From Octopus vulgaris (lineage: Eukaryota): DNA of 64,000 bases. Each line of letters begins with the position of its first letter. The stretch's first letter is position 1. The position numbers and the translations under genes were made by a program. The notes beneath the pieces are model-generated. The model searched no databases, was not told the origin of the DNA, and was given only the letters and a program-made list of their open reading frames with translations. Below, piece after piece: positions 39,696 through 52,902 of the stretch. The stretch covers positions 73,470,001-73,534,000 of the forward strand of contig OX597823.1 in the NCBI GenBank assembly GCA_951406725.2. Direction: 5' to 3'.

Positions 39696-41710
39696 GAGTG
39701 TGTGTGCGCATGAGCATGTGCGAAACTTTTTTCAACTGGAAATCTTGTTGGTTCAGTACTTTAAATGAATTTGACGTGGAATACAGATTATTCTGTAATC
39801 TAGTTTATATTCTTACAGCATTTTTTCTACAAAGCGTATATTCACTAAACCTTGTGAGAGAAGACTGATGCGGCTTAGTGAACATTTATTTGCTGAAACA
39901 ACATTGGCTATAATTTTCTTCCAAGTCAGTGCTTTCATTCTTAACCACAAAATTTATCCGGACTGTGGCCAAGTTAATTTGCCTTGCCAATCTAACCTTC
40001 CATAGTTATTTTAAATATATAAATCAATGGCTTCCTGCATGTGAGCCTTTTATATCAGTATCAAATTGCTAAGTCACTATTCAGTTCCTACTCCCAACAT
40101 TTGATTGTATACGTTTTACTGTCCATATCGAGATAATTTTTTCTTCTTGATTGCATTTAGCCATGATGCGTTTTAATGAAAATCATTCGTCTTATTCCAT
40201 ATCTTAAATTATACTGATTTAAGATATCCCTAAGATCTTTTTAGGAAGATATATATATTTCTCTCCATCTTTTGGTGTATAACTTGTAGATTGGAAGTAA
40301 ACTTCAGATTACTGCTTCTTCAAAGAAGTTTATTTTGTTCCTTTGCTAACGAAGTTTCTCACTCACTCACTTTAGTTCGTGTTTTATAGCTATTAATTTT
40401 CTCTCAAAAATTTAGAATCTTCATACATTTTGTCAATTTTCTAGTGAAACATGGTTGGAGGTGCTGCAAAATTATAAATTGCATGATACCTTGTGATGGT
40501 ATCTAGATATTTAATTCTGCAGCACATGACTTTGATATCTTCTTCGGCTGGTTACGTTGAGGTATTTCATTACTACATGCTCGGTATCACTTAGATGTTC
40601 TCTCAGAGTAATAGCAGTTGTATACAATCAGGTATTGATTTTTCAGTATGTTTTAGCCATTTTCCTGTAGTTTCCAGCAACACCGTAAGCAATTTTTAAT
40701 GTGGATATAGTTTTTTTTCTCCTATTTTCATCAAAAGTGGTCTGTTGTTTACTATAATAATGCATAATGCCCCCGAAACATAGTGGTCAGAGCTTATATA
40801 ATACAAAACATTTATTAGCTGTAATAAATTAGCTGTAAAATTAAAATTAATCAGTATACCCTAATGAGCTGATCCGTGGAGTTTAATTCTCATTCTACAA
40901 TTAGTAAAAATCAATAAATATTTTATTATTGTTTAATTTTCTGACTTTCCTGTTTTGGAGACTCTATGCCTTAAAAGGATAATTTTATTGTAAAGTTATA
41001 GCAAAATATCTTTTCAAAACTTTGTCTACTGTCATAAATTTCTTTTGAAGCAAAATATATTCACGAATTATTGTTGTTGGATCTGCTTCATACAAAAATA
41101 GATGAAAATTGAGTGATGATAGCGACAATAAAGACATCAGTTTACATTTGTTTACATTTCTGCCGTACTCTTCCACGACAGCTTTTGAGTACGAACTAGC
41201 ATTACAGGATTTGGAATAACATTTGCTATCTGGAGTAACACTTATTGCTCAACGAAAAATACCTGTTATCGAATCTGTTTATCTGTGAAGATTATTTAAA
41301 TTTCGGAGAATATCGTCCAAGTAATTTCTTAATAGGTTCCGTATTGACGCTGGAAGAATATTTGATAACACTAGAGTAAATCATAGCTTAAATGTGAAGT
41401 CCAAGTAAATTTAAAAGAATACTTAGCTAAGTAATTGGTAATTGTTGGTAATAATAGTTATTATTAGTGTTGTTCTTGTTTTATTAGCAATGATTCTGAA
41501 AGAGAAATTCTTCATGATTAAAAGTATTTTAGAAAATTAATTTTGAATAGTGCTATACTAGATAAATTGATTTTGTTTTATCTATAACAGACAAAAATTC
41601 AACTAACATATCGAGGCTGAGTTAGGAAAGCGTTCAAACCTTTTGTTGACGGGCCTAAACGTGTATGCATCTTTCTACATATTGCCTGTGAGTGCGCTTG
41701 TGTGTGTGTA

Positions 41711-41764
<54 letters not shown>

Positions 41765-42745
41765 TGTGTCTGTGTGTATGTATTTATGTATGTATGCGCT
41801 AGTGCTTGTTTGTGTGTGTTTCTGTTTAAGTATGAATCCTCGAACATTATTTGTTTAATTCTAAACCGGCAATAGAGCTAAAATTATGAAATTTATGAGA
41901 TTTCAAAGAACTATAGTTAGTATGATAAGAATTTGGAGTCAGAATAGAATAGGTGCCACTCCGTGCTTCCAGAACTCGATTGTAGTTTCCTTTTTCCACA
42001 CCGTTCACTTTGTATGTCTTAAATTAGTTAATGGAAAGAACCCTCTAGCAAGAACTGTCCTTCCTCGTATAATCTCATTTTGATCTTGCTTTTTGGTTGC
42101 TAGTTGCATTTAATTCAATTCAATTAGCTTATCAACGTTTACTGAATATTATCTATGCCATTTACACCCTTGGGAAATTCGTGAACTTCAGTGAACATCT
42201 CTAATTTCCCCTTCACTTTGCGAATATACCATTAGTGAATATCTGTGTAGGAAAATTGTTCAATTTACTACATTTGACAGAATTGCATAAGATAGATAAA
42301 ATATTTAAGATGCTGATATATTTTTCAATGCTCTTCAGAATCTCCGTTTATCTGGACATAATACTACGTACTTAAGTACGCTTAGCTGCGCCAGAAATTT
42401 CCTCGTATCATTAGTCAGTGAAGAATAGTAAATAATTCTATGATACTACTGTAAATAACTCTGTGGCGCTACTTTAGTTGTTAAGATTGTGTTCTGGTAA
42501 AGTTGTTAGAGCATAGAATGAGAAATGTTTTGCTACATTTATTTCAGTTTCTTGCATTCAGCGTCCACTAAGTTCAATTTTATCCTTCATCTTTTGGTGA
42601 ATGATAAATGGAATTCTAATATAGGATGATGCGCCTTGTGGTATTTGCTCCAGCTTTTGTGCTCCAATTTCAAATCCTGTGGTCATCTTTGTGACAGGCT
42701 ACATCCATTGCCCGGTTTAACATCACTATTTGCTATAAAGATGTA

Positions 42746-42942
42746 TACGAGGGATGCTAAAATGTTCTTTGTTTTAAAGATCGCGAAAGGCCTGGCTGGA
42801 GGCCCAAACTTCCGAGTTCTTTTACAGAACTTAGAAAAACTGAAGGACCGCTACAAGAGAGAGGAATATGTTGAATAAAATTATAATTAACTCCTGTATT
42901 TTCTTTCACTTAAAACCAGGGACTTTTCAGTATTTCCTCGTA
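42746..42942. mobile_element. Mariner-derived MITE
   Basis: Imperfect TIRs tacgagggatgctaaaatgttc...ttttaa and ttaaaaccagggacttttcagtatttcctcgta, with TA at both ends. Confidence 0.7.
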
Positions 42943-43599
42943 TATAGCGAAGTCTACTTCTTTGAAAACATTTTGTATGCGTCTTCGGTTTGAAGACACC
43001 TTACATTTTCGTTCTCGTCAGTTTAAAAAGCCTTATAAAGAATCATGAGCACTGGAAGGATAAGTTCATTTTAGCTTCCTTTTTTTTTTATTGGTAGCTC
43101 TATTGTTGTTAACGCAAAAAGTGAAGTGCTTGATCTCAATCATGATGTTTTAAGAAATAGTATAGTAACTTTCAAACCGATTATGGCGCTTGTATGCGGT
43201 CGTTAAAGTTGCAAGGATCAGCAACCACAAATTTTATGATAATTATACATTACCATTTTTAAAAAAGGAGAGCAGTTTTGTTACCGCGCTTAAAAATATA
43301 GTCGGGATAGTGGTGGCTCTAATGCCTTTGGTCATTAGTTTGCTTGATCACAGCTAACCTGCGTTTAAGCAACATTATGACATTATGTATTATTACATGT
43401 ACAAGGAACCTACGACCCTAAATAAAGACAAAATTTATATTAATGATGTTATTTTACTGAAATCTTTATTCATTATCATGTTCCTTACTCTGCAAGCTAC
43501 CACATTCTCCTTAAATAAAAGCGTAAGTGGTTGTCTTGGAAGAAGGGATATGGTAAAGGGTTCATGCACAGTCGGCTCACAACACAGCCAATTTTGCGG

Positions 43600-43730
43600 G
43601 AGAAGAAAATCAATCAAGTACTTGACTGATATTATATTTTGTCGACCTCGGAAGGATGAAAAGCAAAGTTTACATCGGTGGGATTTAAACTCAGAACGCA
43701 TTTATTCTTCCGCTTTAACAGTTCTGGCGA
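43600..43730 (-). mobile_element. SINE family D fragment
   Basis: tcgacctcggaaggatgaaaagcaaag...tttaaactcagaacg matches 44650-44710. Confidence 0.65.
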
Positions 43731-44542
43731 TATCAATAATAGTATATACTAATACATCGAAGGGATTTCTTACGCAATCACATGATCAATTTTTGAAGTA
43801 AAAGTGAATTACTTACCGAATCAACTTCAATGCAATCAAAACTTAATTGACTTTGTAATTACGAAAGGAAAACACAAAACCCGATTAATTTGAACGAAAG
43901 ACAATGTAAAACTAATTGCTCTCAAGCGTCTCATCTAAGCCCTAGTTCTATTGTCCGTGAAATCATAATTGCAATTTTAATTGCCTTCACTAATGCAGTA
44001 CGTGATGGGAGCATTCTTTCCTTTACTTAAACTAGATATTGTGTCGTAAAATCATGTAGTGGATAATGCCTTGGTATAAGGTCTCTATCAAGATTAATTC
44101 TGATATATTATTCATCGAATAAAACATGAACAGAGTTTTTCTGAACGATCCAACACAATTCCTTCGAATTTGTTGCAGTTTATGACAACTATAAGAACGC
44201 GATGAATTGTCAAAAGAGTATTTACATTAAACGAATAAATAAGGTTTTTGTGGGACACCAGCTTATATCTTGCAAACAACAGCTATAAGAAGCTCAGGCT
44301 CATTTTCTTCATGCTTTAAAATTTATGGCGAAAGACTGCAATTTGAAGCAATGACGTCCGAGTAGTATTCAAAAAAAAATTAATATTCGATGCTTTACTT
44401 CTGGAACAAGATAAACAGACATAAGATCCATACTACTCGAAAACAAAGCACCAGATTTAATTAACAGCGTTACAAACTAGAGCGATTAGACTTGGATGAA
44501 AAGAATTCTAGCGTTTATAATCTGAATATCTTTGCAAATATT

Positions 44543-44774
44543 TATTTCTTTATTGCCCACATGGGGCTAAACACAGAGAGGACAAACAAGGACAGACAAA
44601 CGGATTAAGTCAATAACATCGGCCTCAGTGCATAACTGGTACTTATTTAATCGACCCCGAAAGGATGAAAGGCAAAGTCGACCTCGGCGAAATTTGAACT
44701 CAGAACGTAACGGCAGACGAAATACTGCTAAGCATTTCGCTCGGCTTGCTAACGATTCTGCCAGCTCGCCGCCC
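44543..44774 (-). mobile_element. tRNA-derived SINE family D with 12-bp TSD
   Basis: Minus-strand head ggcggcgagctggcagaatcgttagc...gagttcaaat. TSD tttgcaaatatt at 44531-44542 and 44779-44790. Confidence 0.88.
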
Positions 44775-47051
44775 TATTTTTGCAAATATTATACTGTTAC
44801 AAAGTAGACACTGGTCATGAAACTATTTACGCAGTTGCTTAACAGAAGTGTGCCTGTAACAAATATAGACATGACACTGTGCAGCAAGGGATCCACAGTA
44901 AACTGTGAAAAACCTGACCAACAATTTCTACAAATTTCAAGTTTTCAAAATTTAATGGAATATCTAATATCTAGTGCATTAATTACTATTATGATTAACA
45001 ATCACTCAGCAGAAGTTTTAATTACCAATGAAGATACTGGTAATTTACAATGAGTTGTAATCGCTAATTAAAATGGTTTGTTATTAAAGTATTCAAAGAT
45101 AGTGCTGTGGCGGCACCAATACCGCTTACCTCACTAATTATGGGCATATGCGAAGTTGACAGGCAGTAAATACTGCTGGTAATATTATTCACTCTCAAGT
45201 CGGATGTAATATTTGGGACAGACTTTTATGCTTCCGTATTCTTTAGTAATATTTATGTTTAATGGCTTTGAAGCGCTTCTAGTATTGTAAAACTTTACAT
45301 GCCTGAATATTCAACCGCTTACACATTTCGCAAATTTAACGATATATGCACAGCATATTGCGATATCTACTTATGGATATTAGGAAGTTCATTAGACCAG
45401 AGATAAATTAACTAATTAAGAATCAGCATCTTAGACCCAAGTAGATAACTTTGAAGTAATAAAAACAAAATCAAGTCCCAAACGTCACATAATAGTGGTA
45501 ACGCAACTACAATCGACACTTATACACTTCCTGACTTTTTCCAGTAATAACTGTTGACTAGTTGACCCATGTTATATCTCAAAATTCTTCATTTAGCAAG
45601 GTCAGTAATATACCGAATATTAACTTCCAGAAGTGATTAAATACCGTTTTTGCACAGCATTTCAAGACTTCTATACTGATGCAACTTGGATAATTGCCTT
45701 AGTATGCAAGTCTTCTATTAGGCCTTATATACACAGCAGCATGTTTTTCAATCAAATTCTCTTGCATAATCTCTTTAAATTTATTAGACCTAAACGGCAC
45801 TATTCTGTGCAGTAATTCTATTGAAATTATAACGTAAATTTAGAAACATTTTCATCATAAGATTTTTGCTTTTTCAGTAAAACAGGTACCAATTTTGGGT
45901 GTTATTGAAGTAAACAATCATAAAATAATAACTGATCCCAATGAATTATTTACTCGTATACGTCTTAAAATTCTTCTCAAATGGGACTTTAAAAAGCATC
46001 ATTGGGCTGCTAGTATATCACGGCAAATGGCTTGTACATTTTTCTTAAAACCTAATAACCCATAATGAAATATATCTCTTTTTGCCATTCCTCAAATAGT
46101 TCTTTCTGTTTTCGAAACTATTAAAGTCGATATAAAAAATGTGCCTCCATACGATTTTCAACTCTATTTCGTTTAAAGTTGAGACCGATACGTCAGACAC
46201 CGCTATTGCTCCTATCCATGAATTATCAATCCATGTGAAAAAAGTTTCGTTTGCAACTTTACGTATTATTAAGTTAAAATGTGTATGCCTAAGATCTATT
46301 CACAGATTTGTGTTACATTAATGTTAATTTTTGCTAATTCCTTTTTTTTCATCTGAAAGGAAGGTGAATGCTGTTACTCTACTGACCTTTAATTATATAA
46401 CATATGATAAGCAAGTTCTATCCCTTATTTAAAGCACATAATTAGCTGTAACATAATTTGGTATACGCTTTCATTCGTCAGCTACCATTATCAATAATGG
46501 CGGTTCATAAGAAGCAAGAAAAACTTCTACAATAATCTTTTGGACAAACAACATAATATAAATATAGGAATAAAGCGAAAATAAAATCTAGCATTGTAGG
46601 AAAGACTTCAGAAGATTACAAGATGGCTTGGCTATTTTAGTTTATATCTAAATATATTTTCTCATTTGCATCTTTTCTCTTCATTCATTTTTCTTCTTCA
46701 TCTTCATATGATTCACTCCATCATTATTCCTCCCGTCTTGTCATCTTACATCTCAAATCTTATAATAATCAGTATATATACGGCATCTCATCTTAGCTAC
46801 AAGTCCTTCAATTACATATCTTGTAGATCAATCTTTCAGGTATTTCTCTCGATATCTCGACATCTCTACCATTTTTACTTTCAGTCTCACTATTCTTTTT
46901 TTTTTTTGTTTTTGTATCAACACAGACATAGTTACTGGCACATATATACACATACATATATGCGCATGCGTGTGAGTGCGCGAGAGAGAGAGAGACAAAG
47001 ATAGCAAGCGACACGCTCTCGCTTTCTCTCTTTCTTTCTCTCTGTAACTCC

Positions 47052-47093
<42 letters not shown>

Positions 47094-47109
47094 GCTTGTA
47101 TATATATCG

Positions 47110-47481
<372 letters not shown>

Positions 47482-48034
47482 ACGTACATACATAAACAAA
47501 CAAATATAAAATATATATATTTACATATATTCACACCTGTTTTGTGAGTGAGTGTGTATGTATGTGTGTGTATTTCGGTTCAACTTGAGATCGAGCATAA
47601 TCCGTTTCTTATTACTGCCATATACTTGCATGAAGTATGTCAGCCTCTCTACACTACCAGGGACCCTTAAATCACAACCGAGCCCGTGCTTTGTTTTACA
47701 TTTATTTTGAGAAATGTCCTGAGGAATTTTTCAATGGGCTTATTAACAGCGGCTCTACTTTAATGCAATCGTCGTGAGTTCTTGAATTATTTTTCGGTTG
47801 TAGTTGAATCAGCAAAATTTCTGCTTAAAGGCCTCGAACTTTAATACTTTTTAAATCTCTCGGATTAATCTTTTGCGTCGTTTTCTATGTGTTTTATTCT
47901 TGTATCTTTCTTTTTGTTCATATTTAAATTGTTATTGCTGCTGCTGCTCTTTAATATGCTGTCATCATCGTCATTGTTGTTTAATATGAGAGTATGCAGT
48001 TGCATCAGCTTCTGTAGTTATTATAATAGAATGG

Positions 48035-48149
<115 letters not shown>

Positions 48150-48357
48150 GAGAAGAGCATTGTCGATGTGAGAACTGTTGCTGCTCATGTATTTTAATTT
48201 AACTTTAAAAAAAAATTTTTTTTTTAAATGAACGAACTACTGAGTTTGGTTTAATGGCCTACCATTGTATACTATGAGTTTCTTTGCCCTAGGAGTCGGG
48301 AAGACACTCGGCAAGAAATGGAAGCAAATTTGAAAGAAGAAGAAAAAAAGTAATAAA

Positions 48358-48396
<39 letters not shown>

Positions 48397-48420
48397 GACA
48401 ACAACAACAACAACAACAAT

Positions 48421-48735
48421 GGTGATGAGACGAGGAAAGCTTGTCAGGACAGAAGGCATATGGTTGCCAAGTGGTGAAAGTATGAAGGCAATTTAACCTC
48501 AATCTAGCTACAAATACCTAGGAATACTTGAGGCAGGTGGAATTAAACTCCAAGTCATGAAGGAAAAGACAAAAAGAGAGTACCTGCGGCGAGTGAGAAA
48601 AATATTGTCTTCAAAGTTGAATGCCAGAAACTCGCTTGCTGCTGAAATCCTGAAGTGGACAGAAGAGGAGCTAAAAGAGATGAACAGGAAGTCAAGAAAG
48701 CTCCTAACGATGCATGGAGCCCATCATCCATAGTA
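48421..48735 (+). mobile_element. R4/Dong-clade internal fragment following (AAT)n(AAC)n
   Basis: Translates SYKYLGILEAGGIKLQVMKEKTKREYLRRVRKILSSKLNA and later RKLLTMHGAHHP, homologous to copy 2 (TYKYLGIHE...KEYYRRVRSILK). Confidence 0.75.
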
Positions 48736-49089
48736 ATCCCTTCAACTATAAGCACAATGCCTGAAAATTCGGGGGAGGAAGCTAGTCGATTTCATCGACC
48801 CCGGTACTTGAATGGTGCTTATTTTATCAACCCCGAAGGATGGCAGACTAAGTCAACTAATTTGAGCTCACAAACCCACAAACTGTCTGCGATTCCTTCT
48901 TTAATCAACAACCGTTGTTTGTAACTCAATTTGGTTGTTTTACAATTTGCACTGCCTCAGAACGATCTGTCTTACACCGTATTTATATCATGACAGTTGT
49001 ATGACTTCAAACAGTATGGATGACCGATGATTCAGACGTAATTCGAATGCATCTATACCTGAAGAAACTCCTAGTTTCAGTCAGCTCTT

Positions 49090-49322
49090 ATTCCCAAGGA
49101 CTGAACTATTTGTTTGTGACCGCGTGTGCACCGTTGGCGATTTTTTTCCTCCGTCTTCCCTTCTCTGGATCTTTCCTTTTCCTATGTTTCTGACGAAGAG
49201 CTCCGCTCAAAACGTTAAACCCTCCTTCTTCCCTTCCTTCCTGAGCGTCCAATAATACTATATTTGTTCCACGTCCTCGCGTTGTTGTGTTTTCTCTTGG
49301 TGTTTTCATGTTTGGATTAACA
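49090..49322 (+). mobile_element. H1-related short element with an HHR motif (G12A) at 49186-49220
   Basis: gttt-CTGACGA-agagctccgctc-AAAA-cg-TT-aaac, followed by (TA)n. Confidence 0.6.
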
Positions 49323-49865
49323 ATATATATATATATATATATACACGCAAATATTAAAAATGATGCACTCAAGAGATTCCCAAGAATTCATTAAAAAACA
49401 GCCCAATCACTGCTATAATCCATAACGTGCCAATTTTAAGTCATTTAACACCTTACTACTTTCACACTACCTACATTCATTCTTATTCTCCTTTCTCTTT
49501 CTTCTTCTCCTCCTTCCTTCTCCTTCCTACTCCTTCCTAACTTTATCACTAATGCTTTTTAGAATAACACCTACGCAAATTCTAAAGAAATATTTTCATG
49601 AATTGAACAGGGACTGCTACCATCCACTGACTATTCAAAATACTATTATCACGGCACTCCCAAATTCTACCTCTCCTTCTTTCCTTTCTCCTCCTCCTTC
49701 TTCTTCCCTACCAAGAATTCACAATGACCTCGAACCCGTAAGAGTAAACACGAGAGACAGAGACAGGCAGAAACAAGGAAAATGCCACTTGTATTTGAAC
49801 ACTATACAAATATTCTTTTAAAAAAAACTTTTCTTTTAATTTTCCTAAATTTAATTATTTAATTG

Positions 49866-49906
49866 TTACAGTTGAAAAAGTCTCAATGACTGAAACCGGT
49901 ATTGAA
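49866..49906 (+). ncRNA. Degenerate type I hammerhead, U3-A8 variant
   Basis: cag-TTGAAAA-agtctcaatgact-GAAA-ccgg-TA-ttg: stem II agtc/gact, palindromic stem III accggt, weak stem I. Confidence 0.5.
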
Positions 49907-49954
49907 ATGTTTTTTATAAGATTATTTTAGCATTTTCTATCTTGACTTTTTTTT

Positions 49955-50006
<52 letters not shown>

Positions 50007-50150
50007 TATATATAGAGGGCATTATACATACATGCCCGAGGGCATTATACATACATGCCACACGCTAAGAGGGACAATTAGTCATTTCTACCAAAAATAT
50101 TACTAATCCCACCGAATGCAATTTTTCAAAGTAAGACATTTAAAAAATAT

Positions 50151-50198
50151 AGACCTGTATCACAGTGATTTCATACTTACGTATTCATCAGCAGGCCT
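50151..50198 (-). ncRNA. Canonical minimal type I hammerhead ribozyme
   Basis: Minus strand reads aggcctg-CTGATGA-atac gtaa gtat-GAAA-tcac t gtga-TA-caggtct: 7-bp stem I, 4-bp stem II with a GUAA loop, near-palindromic stem III. Confidence 0.85.
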
Positions 50199-50413
50199 GA
50201 ATGTATCATACATAAACAAACAACCCTGCCCCGCTTAAGTCGATCAGCTAACTGATCAACATCAACGAAGCACATGGGTGAAATGCAATTCGTAAAAGTA
50301 TGCCATTTACAGGATGTAATATATGTAAACTCACCCATGTGCTTCGTTGATGTTGATCAGTTAGCTGATCGACTTAAGCGGGGCAGGGTTGTTTGTTTAT
50401 GTATGATACATTC

Positions 50414-50461
50414 AGGCCTGCTGGTGAATACGTAAGTATGAAATCACTGTGATACAGGTCT
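50414..50461 (+). ncRNA. Mirror copy of the hammerhead with an A6G core mutation
   Basis: Same as 50151-50198 except CTGGTGA. Confidence 0.7.
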
Positions 50462-50748
50462 ATATTTTTTAAATGTCTTACTTTGAAAAATTGCATTCGG
50501 TGGGATTAGTAATATTTTTGGTAGAAATGACTAATTGTCCCTCTTAGCGTGTGGCATGTATGTATAATGCCCTCGGGCATGTATGTATAATGCCCTCGGG
50601 CATGTATGTATAATGCCCTCTATATATAAATTAATATGTTCAATAAGAAATAATTATTTTCGAAATTTATTCTCTTATGAGGTTTTCACGCTATCTACCT
50701 GACAATTTCTTTGTTAAGTTTTCCTTATTAAGTAGTTGTCCTTAATTG

Positions 50749-50835
<87 letters not shown>

Positions 50836-50859
50836 GTTATTTCTAAGTCTCACTAAAGG

Positions 50860-51161
50860 AGACTACGGCAGTGGTACTGGATATTAGTAGTTATCGCCAA
50901 GCTAATATGGCAGTCCATAAATATAGGACGAAAGCTGCCGTTGATTAGCTCCAAGAGGCCATCGCCTCTTGCTAGCTATATGACATGCGAACCTGTGTCT
51001 ATTATAACCTTCGAACAGGGGAGGTCAGCCGATTCCCCTTGCTGGTCAGGCATCCGCAGACATGTTTCGGGGTATTTGCCCTTTATCAATGCAGAGTAGC
51101 CGAACCCACCACTCGTCGCTACTGACCGTCTGTTCGAAGGATTATTTACCTAAATTCAGTG

Positions 51162-51165
<4 letters not shown>
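50860..51165 (-). mobile_element. Family H3 copy 2
   Basis: Homologous layout to 16474-16780. The HHR is enclosed by the helix ccttcgaacag/ctgttcgaagg, and the copy abuts (TA)n. Confidence 0.6.
51053..51095 (-). ncRNA. Type I hammerhead, U3-A8 variant
   Basis: Minus strand reads tctgca-TTGATAA-agggcaaatacccc-GAAA-catg-TC-tgcgga. Confidence 0.72.
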
Positions 51166-51211
<46 letters not shown>

Positions 51212-52471
51212 CACAGAGTCACGAATTTTGCGACATAAATTTTGGTGAAGGAGATCACTAAACTCTGGTATTTTACGTATTAAAGTTCACTTGATTCTCA
51301 TTACTTCATCTTGGAGAGTTGTTTAATTGACAGGCGAATGCATTACAATTACGCTCGTGATTAAAATAGATAAAATATTGCATGAGTAAGCTTTGACTTT
51401 CATCCTTATAGAGTTGCCAAAATATTAAATTAAGATTAAACACAGATCTATTCAGTGAAATCCGAAATCCAGAGAAAATTATTTGTGATCAGCAGCGTTT
51501 AATCTAATCGGGAATTCATCGAAGAGTTCACTGAATTGCTGTGAGGAAAAAAAGAATCTAATATTTCAAATACTTTCTCTTCTTATTCTGATATCGAATA
51601 TACAGAGGTGTAATCACATAACCGACTAAACCCACTACATGGATAAAGGTTACTCCTGTGTCAGATGAAGGCATTAATCATTTTATTTCGGGGAGAATTT
51701 CAATGAAACATTCAATAGTCTCTTTGTAGGAGTAATTTAGTAAGTACCGAGACGTTTTATAAGTTGGTGGGTGACAAGCAATGACGATATTGTCAAAGTA
51801 ATGTTAGTCTTCGTTTATCTAATTTCACAATGTATTTATTATTTTGTCCAATTCGTGGCAACAAAATAAAAGACAAAGAACATAAAGCTTTGCTCTATTG
51901 TTTAATACAGACATGTCTGTACAAGCAACAACGAGAAAGAATTTTTATATCTGGTGATTTCCATATGCATTCATACTCAACATATATTCGCATACACACG
52001 CATACATACACACACAAACACACTCACATACGCACATATATATATATACACAAAAATACATGTTTAAATTTAGGTAGTACTTACTGAGTCATATATATAT
52101 AAGCTGTGTGTGTACATGTATGTACGTATGTATGTATGCATATATGTATGTATATATGTTTATGTATGTATGCATGTATGTATGTATGCATGCATGTATG
52201 TATGCATGTGTGTATGTATGTATGTATGTATGTATGTATGTATGTATTCATGTACGTATTATTTGCATGTTTACGCACATGTGTGTGCGTATTCTTTTAC
52301 AGATTATAGTCATTAAACTTCGATCCTGAGGGATAGTAACTTTCTAACGCTTAGACGATCATATCGGATCTACAGCTTGTTCAAGCCTGTAGCTTATTTT
52401 AAATTTTCAAAGCGTCAAGTTATGGGGAAAATAAGGCAAAAAATAAAACCTGACCCCGCAACTTCATCTTT

Positions 52472-52531
52472 TATGTAGCCAAAATCAAGAGCTTTTGCAG
52501 ATATGTAGCCAAAATCAAGAGCTTTTGCAGA
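52472..52531. repeat. Perfect 30-bp tandem duplication
   Basis: tatgtagccaaaatcaagagcttttgcaga occurs twice. Confidence 0.95.
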
Positions 52532-52717
52532 CCCTAAAAATATGAATTACATTTATACTTACATACATGTGTGAGAGAGAGAGACAGAGACAGAGACAGA
52601 CAGACAGAGAATATGCGCACATGATTATTATGCTCATCCTCTCATCTGATGATGCGTTGCGGTAGAGTCGTGCGAATTCTTTGGACATGTATTCTACGTT
52701 ATCAGACAAGGAATGCT

Positions 52718-52902
52718 GTATGTATGTATGTATGTATGTATGTATGTATGTATGTATGTATGTATGTTATGTATGTTATGTATGTATGTATGTATGTATG
52801 TATGTATGTATGTATGTATGTATTTAGTTAGTTAGGTATGTATGTATTTAGTTAGTTAGGTATGTATGTATGTATGTATGTATGTATGTATGTATGTATG
52901 TA
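52718..52902. repeat. (TATG)n microsatellite
   Basis: Directly visible. Confidence 0.9.

Larger units (their letters stand above)
50005..50631. repeat. ~280-bp near-perfect inverted repeat (PLE-type inverted pseudo-LTR) containing 23-bp tandem units
   Basis: 50005-50281 is the reverse complement of 50331-50631 with a 49-bp spacer. The unit ggcatgtatgtataatgccctc(g) occurs twice in the left arm and three times in the right. Confidence 0.95.

Noticed and set aside
39700-41450. Minus-strand RNYLDDILRNLNNLH near 41.3 kb as a PLE RT active site
   Set aside because: A single short motif with no supporting neighbours by eye; needs a profile-HMM search.
50016-50620. 23-bp repeats as a CRISPR-like array
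   Set aside because: Head-to-tail tandem units with no spacers, no cas genes, and a eukaryotic context.
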